From assembly GCA_964016885.1 (NCBI GenBank), contig OZ024751.1, positions 42,222,001-42,286,000 of the forward strand: a DNA stretch of 64,000 bases, read 5' to 3'. Source of the stretch: Eledone cirrhosa (taxonomy: Eukaryota). The position numbers and the translations under genes were made by a program. Shown here piece after piece: positions 23,701-34,824 of the stretch. Positions within the stretch are counted from its first letter, which is position 1, and every line of letters begins with the position of its first letter. The notes below the pieces were generated by a model. It was given only the letters and a program-made list of their open reading frames with translations. It made no database searches and was not told the DNA's origin.

Positions 23701-26700
23701 TAGTTACATCCCTTTGCGTTCTGAGTTCAAATTCTGCCGAGGTTAGCTTCGCCTTTCATCCTTACTGGGATCGATAAAATAAAGTACCAGTCACGCACTG
23801 GAGTCGATTTAATCGACTTTCCCCTCTGCACCAAGTCCACTCTGTAGAGTGGTACTACAATAAACTGCACCCAGTCCACTCTGTAAAGTGGTACTACAAT
23901 AAACTGCACCAAGTCCACTCTGTAGAGTGATACTACAATAAACTGCACCCAGTCCACTCTGTAGAGTGGTACTACAATAAACTGCACCCAGTCCACTCTG
24001 TAGAGTGGTACTACAATAAACTGCACCAAGTCCACTCTGTAGAGTGGTACTATAATAAACTGCACCAAGTCCACTCTGTAGAGTGGTACTACAATAAACT
24101 GCACCAAGTCCACTCTGTAGAGTGGTACTACAATAAACTGCACCCAGTCCACTCTGTAGAGTGGTACTACAATAAACTGCACCCAGTCCACTCTGTAAAG
24201 TGGAAGTGTTGGTACCACAATAAACTGCACTCTTATTTCACTTCCAAGTTACACCACACTTCACATAAAGGCATCATGGAGCCAGCCTTTTCGTTCGTAG
24301 AGAGAAACCTTTTGTTGTCAACCACGACAGTAGCTCCCCAAACATCTTCCAGTCTGTTCTTATTTTGTTAAAATCTAACATCAGTTATTTATTTATTTAA
24401 TCAATTTAAACGTCCGTATAGAGCTAGTAAGCCGTGGGGAAGTATATTGTCTAATATGCCTACTTCTAGCTGTTTTACAGCCTCCCTTGCTTCCCATTTT
24501 TTATTTATTTTTATTTATACTTATTTTGCCTCCAGTTGGCTTTCCTTATTTAAATTATTTTATTTTTATACACACTTACCTCTATCTTGTTTTGTTTCTT
24601 CTGTTTTTCAACTGTAAGAGTACAGTTGAAAAACAGAAGAAAAAAACAAGATAGAAGTAGGCATATTAGACAAGGCGAATATGCGAGGATTTCGAAGAGA
24701 TGGCCACCTAGCTTCGTAAAAATCGAAATGAATGAATGAGAGAAAAGGGAGGTAATGGCGACGGTTAGAGAGACGTGGTTTATTTCGAAAACAAAGTCGA
24801 AGTATTCACGTTGTGAAACAAGTGAATGATACTAACAACAATATTAATGTGAACAGGACATTTTGAAATTGGGGAAGAGAAATACCTGTAGAAGAAATAA
24901 TTGTTTCTACTTTTGGCACAAGGCCAGCAATTACTCAGTACATTACTGGTACTTTATTTTATCGACCCTGTAGAAGAAATAATCTATGGATGTCTGGAAT
25001 ATAAGTTGGAAATATTTAGAAATCCATTTAGCCTTTCAGAAATCAGAAGTCTGTCTGTGTGGCTTCGTCACCACAGGAATGAAGGAATGAGAGAAAAAAA
25101 GGGAGGGTTAGGGAGGTAATGGCAGGGGTTAGGGATGACTTTCATAGAGAGAGAGAGGCATAATGTCCAACGTGGTTTATTTCGAAAACAAGGTCGAAGT
25201 ATATACATTGTGGAAACAAGCGAATGATAATAATTGTTTTGAATTTTGGCACAAGGCCACCAATTATCCCAGTGAATTACTGGTACTTTATTTTATCAAC
25301 CCTGTAAGGATGAAAGGCAAAGTTAACCATAACAGGATTTGAACTCAGACCATAAAGGGCCGTAACTCTTTGCTGCAAAGGATGGCGTCAGACCCTCTAC
25401 CAATACTGCCAATAATGTGAACAGGACATTTTGAAATTGGGGAAGAGAAATACCTGTAGAAAGAAATAATCTATGGATATTCCTATCAGAACGTACCTGT
25501 TGATATTGAACTGCCAATACGATATCTCTGGTTGGATTTTATGATTCATATCTGATGTAGGTAGTATATTTTGGTATAACATAGTATCTGCACTCTTGAC
25601 ACTGTCAGTAATCCACCGACTGTAGACATGCACAAAAATCAGGCCGGCAGACTGAAACAAAATATAATAAAATTTAACTCATCGCTAAAATTTTAAAAAC
25701 ATGGAACAAACTACTTGTATCAAATGTTAGCTGTTGGGACACTGCAGCCTTCAAAACTTCCATGCTTATCATCATCATCACCGTTTTATGTCCGTTCTTC
25801 CAAGCTAGCATGGGTTAGATGGGTTGTCCTGTTGTGGGCAGTGTCTGGTCGGCTGACCATGCCTTGCTCATACAGGAACTGATTTGGTTTGATTTCTACA
25901 GCTGGATGCCCTTCCTAACACCAATCTCATTTACAGTGAGTGCTGGGTGCTTTTTCGTGGCGCCTACACATCCACTTTACAGTGTGGGCTGGGTGCTTTT
26001 TTGCCGTGGCACCTCCACGACCACCTTGCGGGGGGGGGGGGGGGGGGGCATATTGTCTATATGCTTCAGCTTGTACCCATGGGAGGTCGGGTACTCTGTA
26101 TTACTGCGTGACGCCAGAGGTCACGGTCGTGTGTCATTGCCTTTGAGAGGTGTAATTGGGTAAGGTCGGCTTTTATCACCTCATCCCAGGTCATCTTGGG
26201 TCTCCCCACTCCGCGGTTTCCATTGACTTCTAGTGCTCTGCACCTTTTTATGCAGCTGTCATCCTTCATATGCATCACATGTCCATACCAGCACAACCGC
26301 CTCTCCTGCACACAGCATTTGATTCCTCTTATGCTCAGTCTTTCTCTCAATTCATTTATGCTTTGTCGTTCACGTATATTACTGTTACACATCCATCGGA
26401 GCATGCAGGCTTCGTTTCTCTCTAATCTACGTAAGTCTTCCACCTTCAGCGCCCAGGTCTCACTACCATGCAACATCGCTGTTCGGATACACGCATCATA
26501 CAGTCTGCCTTTCATTCTGAGGGAGAAGCCTTTTGCAGCTAGCAGTGGTAGATAGTACTCGTATATAAGATTATTAACCATCTTTCGAACAACAACCCTG
26601 GGCACCTTTTTGAATTCCATGTCTAACACCCGTGGACATGCTTACAAAATCAGAAAACAGTACAGCTCCTATGACTTTCGGAGACATTTGTCACACTCAG

Positions 26701-29700
26701 AGTTGCTGAAGCATGGAACAAACTACCTGCATCAATTGTTAGCTATCGGGACACTGGTGATGATGGTGGCGATGATGATGATGATGATGATGGTGAAGGT
26801 GATGATGATGATGATGGTGATGATAAGATGCAGCACCATTCTCATGAAATAACAAACAAAAGTAATACAAAACTTCTCACCATAATAATTTTAACCACTT
26901 GTATCACAGGATTTAACTTCTGCCCTTCGTTGCCATTTTTGTTCATTATATATTGAAATTTTGATATGGGTTGATCATGGTTTGTGTCATGACAAAGCTA
27001 AAATATAGAAGAGACAGTTGGTTGGTTAGTTGGTTGGTTGATTGGTTCGTTAGTCGGTTTAATAATTTACAATAGATTCCAGTAATTCATTAAGCCTTTC
27101 ATTAGAGACAATAAGTAAATAAATAAAATAATTTAATTAAAAAATAAAACAAATAAAAATAAATAAAAATCAATTAATTAATAAAACAAATAAAAAATAA
27201 ATAAAATAGATTTATTAAAAATAAAAAATAAATTTATTAATAAAAAAAAACAAAAAAAAACAAATAGATTAATAAAAAAATAAAATAAATAAATTGATTA
27301 AAATAAAAAGAAAATAAATTAAAATAAAATAGCAGAGAATGCCCCTCACTGTCCACACTGTCTGGGACCACATCATTAGAGTAACAATGTTACAAATAAT
27401 TTTGAAAATAATCAAGAATTTGGTGGAATTTAGTAATATAGATAACTTTCTCATTTTTTGGAACCTAACTTAACAAAAGTTATGATGGAAGGTTTTTTTT
27501 TTTTTGTTAGGTAAATTGTATGTATGTATGGTCCCGTACCTCCTGGTGAAGTCGTAGGGAGTACTGTAGTGACATACAGCATTTCTTGGGCATTTTTAAC
27601 CCTTTAGTGTTCTAACCGGCTAAAACCGACCAGAATTCTCTACCTCTTTCTGTTGAAACTGGCTGTAGCTGGTCACTCAAACTGATGTTAAGGTATTGTT
27701 TTCAAAATCTCATAGATTCGATATTATGTGAGGTAATTATGTGAGGTAAAGCCTTTACTATTAAAATATAATAGTATATATAAAATATGTGTAGGCGTGT
27801 GGCTGAGTGGTTAGAAAATTGGATTCGCAATCGTAAGGTTGTGAGTTCGATTCCTGAACCAGGCGATGCGTTATGTCCTTGAGCAAGACACTTTATTTCA
27901 CGTTGCTCCTTCTACCTGGAGTTGCGACCGATAGATAGTATTAGCAATTGGAAAGACCAACAGAAACATTGTTCCCTCAGTCCGATTTGACGAAAGTCGA
28001 TCGTTCCTTTATATAAAATAATTGTTTCTACTTTAGGCACAAGGCCAGCAATTTACCCAGTGCATTACTGGTACTTTATTTTATCGACCCCCGTAAGGAC
28101 GAAAGGCAAAGTTAAAATAATGTGAATGCTAAAGGGTTAAACCTGGTGGAGCCCATCTCCTCTCCAGGTCTGAATACAGCAGATGTTTTCCAGAGACGGA
28201 ACATAAAGCCTATTCCTATAGCGTCACAATTAATGTTAGAATTACCATTTAACCCTAGCATGTCAAACTGAGAGTCCCCCGGGGGTCACATGTGTGTTGC
28301 CTGACGGCCACACACAACAACTAATTGCCCACATTACAATTATTTTTTTTTCATTTTATATTACAAAGATAAAACATGCTCACAATGTAAAAATCTTTGT
28401 GCGGGCCACAGGTGCGCTTGTAAAGGGCCGCATGTTTGACATGCCTGATCTAACCCATGCAAGTGAAGAAAAAATAAATATTAAATGATGATGATGATGA
28501 TGATGATGATGTCAGTACATCACAGTTGTTCACCCAACACTCACTGTAAATGAAGTTGGCACTAGGAAGGGCATCCAGCTGTAGAAACCCAGCCCAAATC
28601 AGTTCTGTATGAGCAAGACATGGTCACCAGACCATGTCATTGCTCACAACAGGATAACTTGTCGAACCCATGCCAGTGTGGAAAAGTGTACGTTAAACAA
28701 TGATGATGATGAAACCGAATATAATTTAGATGACAACAACAGTTATTCAATTCACAGATAAATTACTTTGAAATGTTGGTTTGTAATACTTACCTCAAGC
28801 ATCAATGCCAGGCAGGCCGGGTGGAATGTCATGAGTGCTAAATAGTTGGCTAACACAGAAAGACAAGCAAAACAACTGATAGTCTCTAGATGTTTCCAGC
28901 CTGTAGTGAAATAGAGAAAGTAAAATGGTGAAGACTAGATATCATTTGACATGAACAACATGGAGTAAAGTCAGGAACATTCTGAGAGTTTGGGTAAGAT
29001 GGAGTAGAAGAGGAAGGAGATGAAGGAAAAGAAGTAAAAATAAGATGGTTGCTTCTGACAGGACCTGCTGGAAGGAGTGTTTGAAGACTAACCCCACAAC
29101 CCTCTCAGGAATAAGTGGGAGGATAAGAAGAAGAAAAAGAAACAAAAAGAAAAAGAAGTTTTATAAAATAGAACCAGGGTCAGTTTCATGCAGTTTTGAT
29201 ATGAAAAAGGGTTTCAATTAATTAAGAAAGGTGGCGAATTAACGAGAAAAAGGGAACATTATTATCAGATAATTTAACTTACCAGATAGTGTTCCTACAC
29301 CAAACACTAGTGTCTGTACTATAGCATCTAGAGTAATGACTGGGCCGAGCTTGGACATACCTAGGGCTATATTTTCCTGGACTTCATACTGAAAGCAAAT
29401 GAATTTCATGTTCATAAAAGATCAATTAATTAAAAATCAACATATTAACCCTTTAGCATTTACATTACTCTATATTTACTATTGCATTTTCACAGTAAAG
29501 GCTTTACCTTACATAATTATCTCACATAATATCGAATCTATGAGATTTTGATATTGTTTATTTTGAGAACAATACCTTATCATAAGTATGAGCAGCCGGT
29601 TTGAACAGAAAGAATTCTAGCTAGATATGGCCGTTTTAAATGCTTAAGGGTTAAATAAGCCATAAAAATCACCACATCAAACACAACCTCGACCTTCCAT

Positions 29701-32105
29701 CTTTCCCAGTTCTCCAGTACCCAATCCTCAGTTTTCCAATCTCCAGTCAATCTTTAGTTATTCACTAACTTTCTCCTTGTCCATTTGTTGGTGTTGCCTA
29801 TCTCTTATCAGTACTGTATAAATTAGTGAAAAAGTAGAATACATAAAAAGAAGAAGGAATAAAATGGAAGGGTGTCTTACAGGTGAAGTTGATCCCAAGG
29901 CAAAACAACCGAGAGTACTGGCACTGGACAGATCAATGAGTAGAAGTAAACAGGGAAAGGCCTCACTGCAACAGAAATAAATATATTTAGTAAATATCCA
30001 ATCAAATCCAATCCCATCCCATCTAATCCAAGACCCTCTCACAACTTTTTGGGGAGAAACCCCTCCCTGGTTGACCTCCACTTCTTTCTGTTTGGTTTTG
30101 GTCATGTCAGGGTTTGTAGCCATACTCACCACTGTGGGTTGGTGAAGCTATTTAACCCACAGTTGGGGTGGTTGGTTGTTGACTCTGTGGAGTTCATATT
30201 CCCTGCTAATCAAGAGTTGGACAGTTCTTCACAGACCAAGTCAGTACTCAAGTGGCTACTGAGCTCCCAACCACTCTACTGAGTGGACCTCATCCTCACC
30301 TCTCTATCACCAACCACTCTACTGTGTGGACTTCATGGGCCCGTCTCTATCACCAATCACTCTACTGAGTGGACCTCATCCTCCCCTCTCTATCACCAAC
30401 CACTCTATTGAGTGGACCTCATCCTCTCCTCTCTATCACCAACCACTCTAGTGTGTGGACCTCATCCTCTCCTCTCTATCACCAACCACTCTACTGTGTG
30501 GACTTCATGGGCCCGTCTCTATCACCAATCACTCTACTGAGTGGACCTCATCCTCCCCTCTCTATCACCAACCACTCTATTGAGTGGACCTCATCCTCTC
30601 CTCTCTATCACCAACCACTCTACTGTGTGGACCTCATCATCACCTCTCTATCACCAACCACTCTACTGTGTGGACCTCATCATCACTCATCATCACCTCT
30701 CTATCACCAACCACTCTACTGTGTGGACCTCATCCTCACTCATCATCACCTCTCTATCACCAACCACTCTACTGTGTGGACCTCATCATCACTCATCATC
30801 ACCTCTCTATCACCAACCACTCTAGTGTGTGGACCTCATCATCACCTCTCTATCACCAACCACTCTACTGTGTGGACCTCATCATCACCTCTAACACCTG
30901 CAGTCTCATGTTGTCATTGTTATAAAGAAAAAAATTCAAATTTGGCAGAAGAATAAAAAGGACTTACGTGAGGCCTGTATGGTCACTCTTAACTAGATTT
31001 AGAGCAGCAACACTAAATAGCAGGCTGGAGAACAGAGCAAATAACAGAGACACACCTGAAATAGAAAGTTAGAGTACATAGGTGAGATAGGTAGAGTACA
31101 CAGGTGAGATAGGTAGAGTACACAGGTGAGATAGGTAGAGAACACAGGTGAGATAGACAGAGTACACAGGTAAGATAGGTAGGGTACACAGGTGAGATAG
31201 GTAGAGTACACAGGTGAGATAGGTAGAGAACACAGGTGAGATAGACAGAGTACACAGGTGAGATAGGTAGGGTACACAGGTGAGATAGGTAGAGTACACA
31301 GGTGAGATAGGCAGAGTACAGGGGTGAGATAGGTAGAGTACATAGGTGAGATAGGTAGAGTACACAGGTGAGATAGGCAGAGTACAGAGGTGAGATAGGC
31401 AGAGTACAGGGGTGAGATAGGTAGAGTACACAGCTGAGATAGAGTACATAGGTGAAATAGTTAGAGTACAGGGGTGGATAGCTAGAGTACACAGGCGAGA
31501 TAGAGTACTTATGTGATAAGAATAATAATTACTGACCTAGCAAATAATGAGATCCAATTTTCTTGAGGTCCCGAAATTTGAAATAAAGTGACATAACAGC
31601 CACATATCTCGCTATTTTAATCCCAATCGTAGTGAAAGACTGCATTTTCTGCCAAATTAAAGACAACATTTATTTCAAACAATGACTTTTTTTTTAAATG
31701 GAAGAAATTTAAAAGACACACAGGGGAAAAAATAATCTGTTGTTTCTTGTGAGAATCGTTGTGTGTATGTGTATATGTGAGTGTGCATATACGTGGGTAT
31801 GTGCGCATATATGTATGCATGTGTGAGTATGTATGTGTGTGCATGTGCGTATGTGTGTATGTATGGGAGAGATAGAGGGAGAGATGGTTAAAATATTTAC
31901 TTACATCCATGCTAGAACATGCATAGTTCCAGCCACAGATGTTCACTTCGTTTGTATACATTGACATCGATATGAAGCACAGAGTTACCGTCAGTGTTCC
32001 AATAATCACCTCCCATGGATGCAAGGCACAGAACTTGCCATAGGCCCAAAACGCTGATTTTAACATCACACTAGCTGTGTTTAGACTTTGACTAAATGCC
32101 AGCAT
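10607..32105 (-). CDS. HMGCR: 3-hydroxy-3-methylglutaryl-CoA reductase, class I; 21 coding exons, 2481 nt, 826 aa (span includes introns)
   Basis: Hand-joined exons keep frame with GT-AG at every junction. N-terminal HPWEVI and sterol-sensing domain; catalytic motifs [57 protein letters not shown] and HNRS. Confidence 0.97.
11213..13030. repeat. 30-bp minisatellite, ~60 copies, in the last HMGCR intron
   Basis: Unit tagtgaacggtgacaataaccagagacagc; exact 30-bp periodicity. Confidence 0.98.
13046..13197 (-). CDS. HMGCR: HMGCR coding exon 20 (MLGVQGAS...[12 protein letters not shown])
   Basis: AG/GT boundaries; catalytic His motif. Confidence 0.97.
13230..13760. repeat. 25-bp minisatellite
   Basis: Unit tactgatacaggatcagggcagata. 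Confidence 0.95.
13795..13953 (-). CDS. HMGCR: HMGCR coding exon 19 (DPAENV...GTVGGGT...AACLK)
   Basis: 159 bp, phase 0/0, AG/GT boundaries. Confidence 0.97.
15192..15396 (-). CDS. HMGCR: HMGCR coding exon 18 (INGRGKSVV...IATGQ)
   Basis: 205 bp; GGFNAHAAN motif. Confidence 0.97.
15428..15868. repeat. 42-bp minisatellite
   Basis: Unit atatatctaacaaaatacagagacattactgtaagtcttgat, ~10 copies. Confidence 0.95.
15976..16340. mobile_element. hAT-like MITE with internal 31-bp tandem array (related MITEs ~21750-21975, 28256-28447)
   Basis: Imperfect TIRs caggaataggcaaact / agtttgcccatgactg; internal unit gtgggccccataggatgtggctcatcataag, ~8 copies. Confidence 0.6.
16393..16499 (-). CDS. HMGCR: HMGCR coding exon 17 (GVEKSIK...[15 protein letters not shown])
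   Basis: 107 bp, AG/GT boundaries. Confidence 0.97.
16528..16733. repeat. 51-bp tandem repeat x4 starting at an HMGCR splice donor
   Basis: Unit acaaccacaaaatgaagataattaaaatttgatatcacaaaaaataatatt. Confidence 0.95.
16734..16839 (-). CDS. HMGCR: HMGCR coding exon 16 (FANLTSL...[12 protein letters not shown])
   Basis: 106 bp; NADPH-binding DAMGMN motif. Confidence 0.97.
17285..17356 (-). CDS. HMGCR: HMGCR coding exon 15 (KLKFWL...FNETS)
   Basis: 72 bp, phase 2/2, ttgcAG / GTAAGT. Confidence 0.92.
18195..18980 (+). mobile_element. CR1/L2-group LINE 3' fragment (smaller pieces at ~25695-25770 and 26556-26755)
   Basis: [39 protein letters not shown] and [14 protein letters not shown]; (TTA)n-like tail. 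Confidence 0.9.
18995..19080 (-). CDS. HMGCR: HMGCR coding exon 14 (KSTGVRS...[12 protein letters not shown])
   Basis: 86 bp; DGMTRGPVV motif. Confidence 0.96.
19515..20370. repeat. GC-rich minisatellite with 48-bp and 41-bp unit variants
   Basis: Core ccccaacgactatctgcaccagttgcacatctagagt. Confidence 0.95.
20501..20659 (-). CDS. HMGCR: HMGCR coding exon 13 ([12 protein letters not shown]...[21 protein letters not shown])
   Basis: 159 bp; catalytic Glu motif. Confidence 0.98.
20969..21047 (-). CDS. HMGCR: HMGCR coding exon 12 (RKLIDENL...[10 protein letters not shown])
   Basis: 79 bp, cttcAG / GTGAGT. Confidence 0.93.
22024..22139 (-). CDS. HMGCR: HMGCR coding exon 11 ([12 protein letters not shown]...ERGIAVR)
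   Basis: 116 bp; LSDxEI and YQLE motifs at the start of the catalytic portion. Confidence 0.95.
22922..23046 (-). CDS. HMGCR: HMGCR coding exon 10 (linker; EQKKKAE...GKKEA)
   Basis: 125 bp open exon with taacAG / GTTAGT that bridges phase 1 to phase 0. The linker is poorly conserved, so boundaries are less certain. Confidence 0.75.
23323..23432 (-). CDS. HMGCR: HMGCR coding exon 9 ([10 protein letters not shown]...KYIFFD...)
   Basis: 110 bp; last TM helix with KYIFF. Confidence 0.92.
23826..24230. repeat. 39-bp minisatellite, ~10 copies
   Basis: Unit ctgcacccagtccactctgtagagtggtactacaataaa. Confidence 0.95.
24581..24655. repeat. Inverted repeat (~35-bp arms, 4-nt loop), extended by 24447-24464 pairing with 24656-24673
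   Basis: tctatcttgttttgtttcttctgtttttcaactgta-agag-tacagttgaaaaacagaagaaaaaaacaagataga. Confidence 0.9.
25497..25651 (-). CDS. HMGCR: HMGCR coding exon 8 ([13 protein letters not shown]...)
   Basis: 155 bp; GL..VH..SRW motif. Confidence 0.93.
25765..26140 (-). mobile_element. SINE with RTE-type tail (copies ~14185-14420, 14900-15170, 19135-19310, 28520-28712, 48345-48745, 54948-55266, 55790-55965)
   Basis: Near-identical to 48345-48745 and to the reverse complement of 54948-55266; (GAT)n tail shared with RTE LINE ends. Confidence 0.85.
26090..26552 (-). mobile_element. RTE LINE 3' fragment, same family as 1-825
   Basis: [23 protein letters not shown]...HGSETW...RRLCWYGHV; near-identical to positions 1-110. 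Confidence 0.9.
26881..26997 (-). CDS. HMGCR: HMGCR coding exon 7 (LCHDTN...[14 protein letters not shown])
   Basis: 117 bp; NPV.Q.VK.IM motif. Confidence 0.94.
27793..27910 (+). mobile_element. tRNA-derived SINE head nested in a piggyBac-type MITE
   Basis: A box TGGCTGAGTGG, B box GTTCGATTCC, then tgtccttgagcaagacactt core; no acceptor stem. Confidence 0.8.
28794..28900 (-). CDS. HMGCR: HMGCR coding exon 6 (GWKHLE...[13 protein letters not shown])
   Basis: 107 bp, AG/GT boundaries. Confidence 0.95.
29283..29388 (-). CDS. HMGCR: HMGCR coding exon 5 ([11 protein letters not shown]...GVGTLS)
   Basis: 106 bp; LGP..TLDA motif. Confidence 0.95.
29881..29965 (-). CDS. HMGCR: HMGCR coding exon 4 ([13 protein letters not shown]...)
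   Basis: 85 bp; LLLIDLS motif. Confidence 0.95.
30265..30892. repeat. ~41-52-bp variable minisatellite
   Basis: Core cctctctatcaccaaccactctactgtgtggacctcatc. Confidence 0.9.
30968..31055 (-). CDS. HMGCR: HMGCR coding exon 3 ([11 protein letters not shown]...TGLT)
   Basis: 88 bp, AG/GT boundaries. Confidence 0.93.
31070..31510. repeat. 22-bp minisatellite filling almost a whole HMGCR intron
   Basis: Unit acacaggtgagataggtagagt. Confidence 0.95.
31537..31648 (-). CDS. HMGCR: HMGCR coding exon 2 (KMQSFTT...[18 protein letters not shown])
   Basis: 112 bp, ttggcAG / GTCAGT. Confidence 0.93.
31905..32105 (-). CDS. HMGCR: HMGCR coding exon 1 (MLAFSQ...HPWEVIIGT...ICGWNYAC)
   Basis: Acceptor after poly-T at 32118-32119; ATG at 32105 (alternative at 32066); donor GTAAGT. 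Confidence 0.95.
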
Positions 32106-32759
32106 TTTACCAAATTTCTAAAAAAAAAAAACCAAAAAAACAAGAAATTAGAGAGAGAGAAAGAAGAAAAACGAATGTGTCCATTTTATTGAATGATACA
32201 ATTTATGACATCACACAATACGAGGGTGCACTGTAAAGTTCACAGTCTGACAATGCAGGAATGGTGCAAGAGTGTTCAAATCGTGTATGTATTAATTTCA
32301 ACTCTTCTGATTCATAACTGCATTGTTTCTGTCCAAGGACTATCATCATCATCATCATTTTACGTCTGCTTTTCCCTGCTTGAAAGGGTGGGACGGGAAC
32401 TGATTCTGGCTTGATTTCTACAGCTGGATGCCCTTCCTAACACCAACCTCATTTACAGTGAGTGCTGGGTGCTTTTTTTGCCGTGGCACCTCCACGACCA
32501 CTTTGCAGTGGAATGATATGGACCCCAGTTCCTATCATCTCAATTCTACAGCTGAGTAAACTGGAGCAATATGAAATAAAGTGTCTTGCTCAAGGAAACA
32601 ACACATCACCCGGTCTGATAATTGAACTCACAACATTTCGATTGCAAGGCCAATGCTCTAACCACTAAGCCATGTGCCTCCATGACTATGTTAATAAATA
32701 AACCTCATTTGGTCATGTAATGAGAGTATCTGGATCAGCCTATAGAGGAGTGCTGCCAC

Positions 32760-34090
32760 AGCTGCAACACCATTTTGAGTAATTCTATCTGCGTTTCATG
32801 TTTAGAGAGAAACCTTTAGCGGCCAATAGTGAACTTTTCTGAACTTTTTCCACCCCGTTCTGACTCTGGCTACTGTACTTTCAGAGCACCCTCCACCACT
32901 GCTGATTTTGTCACCCAGGTAGAACCATCTGGGTAATGGAAGGAGCTAGTATCATGTGGGCACTTGCTACTTATTGCACCTGAACACCGGCCACATATAA
33001 AATCTATGTTCTTAGTTAGCTTACCTGTGATCCCACTACATCTTTTATGCACCCATACTTTGCATTTAGGATATAAAATGGAGTTTCTGCCTACTCCTTT
33101 CCTACACACTGAGCATGGCCATTTCCCAGAGGGGACCAGTGCCCTATTTTCCTTCCTACATACTAGAACTTTAGCCTTAGACAAGTTAATTTTAAAGCCT
33201 TTTGATTCTAGGCCATGCTTCCATGTTTGGAATTTCTTCTCTAGTTCAGCCATTGATTCAGCTATGAGCATTAGATCATCTGTATATAGAAGTTCCCATG
33301 GGCAGCCGGTCTTGAACTCCTCTGTTATAGCCTGAAGGGCAACAATAAATAGGAGAGGGCTAAGGACAGAGTCCTGATGAACACCAACTTTTACGCTAAA
33401 TTCTTCACTATATTCGTTGTTAATTCTAACCTTGCTGACTGTTTCTTTATACATGGCTTGTATAGCTCTCACAAGCCATTCATCAACACCTAGTTTTCTA
33501 AGAGCCCACCAGATAATGGAGCGGGGGACTCTGTCAAAGGCTTTCTCCAAGTCAACAAAAGCTAAGTATAGGGGTTTACTTTTAGCAAGGTACTTCGCCT
33601 GTAGTTGTCGTTCAAGGAAAAGACCATTTGTGGTACTTTTACCTGACACAAACCCAAACTGCATTTCATCTAGATCAATTTGCTCTCTGATTAGTTGCGC
33701 TATAACTCTTTCTGTGACCTTCATGACCTGGTCAATTAATTTAATGCCTCTATAGTTTCCCCTATCTAAGCGCATCTCCTTTACCCTTGTAGCAGTTAAT
33801 GATGATGCTGCTACGCCAGTCATTTGATATGACCCCATTCTGTATGACTTGGTTTACTATCCGGGTGACCATAGTGTGTACCACCTATCCAGATGCTTTC
33901 AGCATTGCAGCAACTATCTCTGAAGGCCCAGCTGCTTTGCCTGTCTTCATATCTTTGATTGCCTTACTTATTATACTACCTTCAACTTGCACTGCTGGTC
34001 CCTCTATTTGATCGATTTGGGGCAGACTATCTTTTTCCCACTTGTTCTCCTCATCTAGTAGCCTCTCATAGTGACACTTTCAAGCTACCT
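32760..34090 (-). mobile_element. RTE LINE RT fragment with PHD-like finger, in the HMGCR 5' intron
   Basis: [42 protein letters not shown] and CSVC..HKRC..CGRC. Confidence 0.92.
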
Positions 34091-34203
34091 TCTTATCAGT
34101 ATCAGTGATGGCAAGTATACCATCATCATTACGGACACACTTCTCATATATCAAATATATAAGAACCCTAGAGCAATATATATATATATACACACACACA
34201 CAC

Positions 34204-34246
<43 letters not shown>

Positions 34247-34824
34247 CATACATATATACACCCATATATATATATTATGGTGGTTAGAAACTATCAAGAG
34301 AGCATGTCTGCAGGTCTTCAGAGAAAGAAAAAAACTTGAATAAGAAACAAAAATAAAAACAAAACAATTTCTCACCGATCTCCAAAAGGTGCTTTTCTAT
34401 AAACTTATCAAAGATATTGTGAAAGAACGAAACCACAAATTCCCCTGATTGAAACCACAAATTCCCCAATGACGCAATTGTTATAAGAATTGTTTCTATT
34501 TCAGGATAAACCAGTCACAGGTGGTACACGACCTATTTACGTCTCAAATAATGATCATCTATATTGTACATTTTAGTGATGAAAATAAGTGTTTTCGTTT
34601 TACTCTATTTTATCTAGAAATGTTATTAAAGAGAAGGAAAAACAAACGAACAATGTATGTGAAAGACACAAGAAATATAAGGTCGTGGCATTGACGTAAT
34701 CCGTTTCCTATAAAATGCATCTGTAAGTTTCGTTTTCATAGAATTACTTATATTGTAACAAGTTTACTCACAATCTAAATATAAAAGTATTTCTTAATAT
34801 ATATTTATATAAATATAAACTTAC

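Noticed and set aside
27793-27875. tRNA gene
   Set aside because: A and B boxes are present but there is no acceptor stem, and it runs into a SINE core seen elsewhere in the window.
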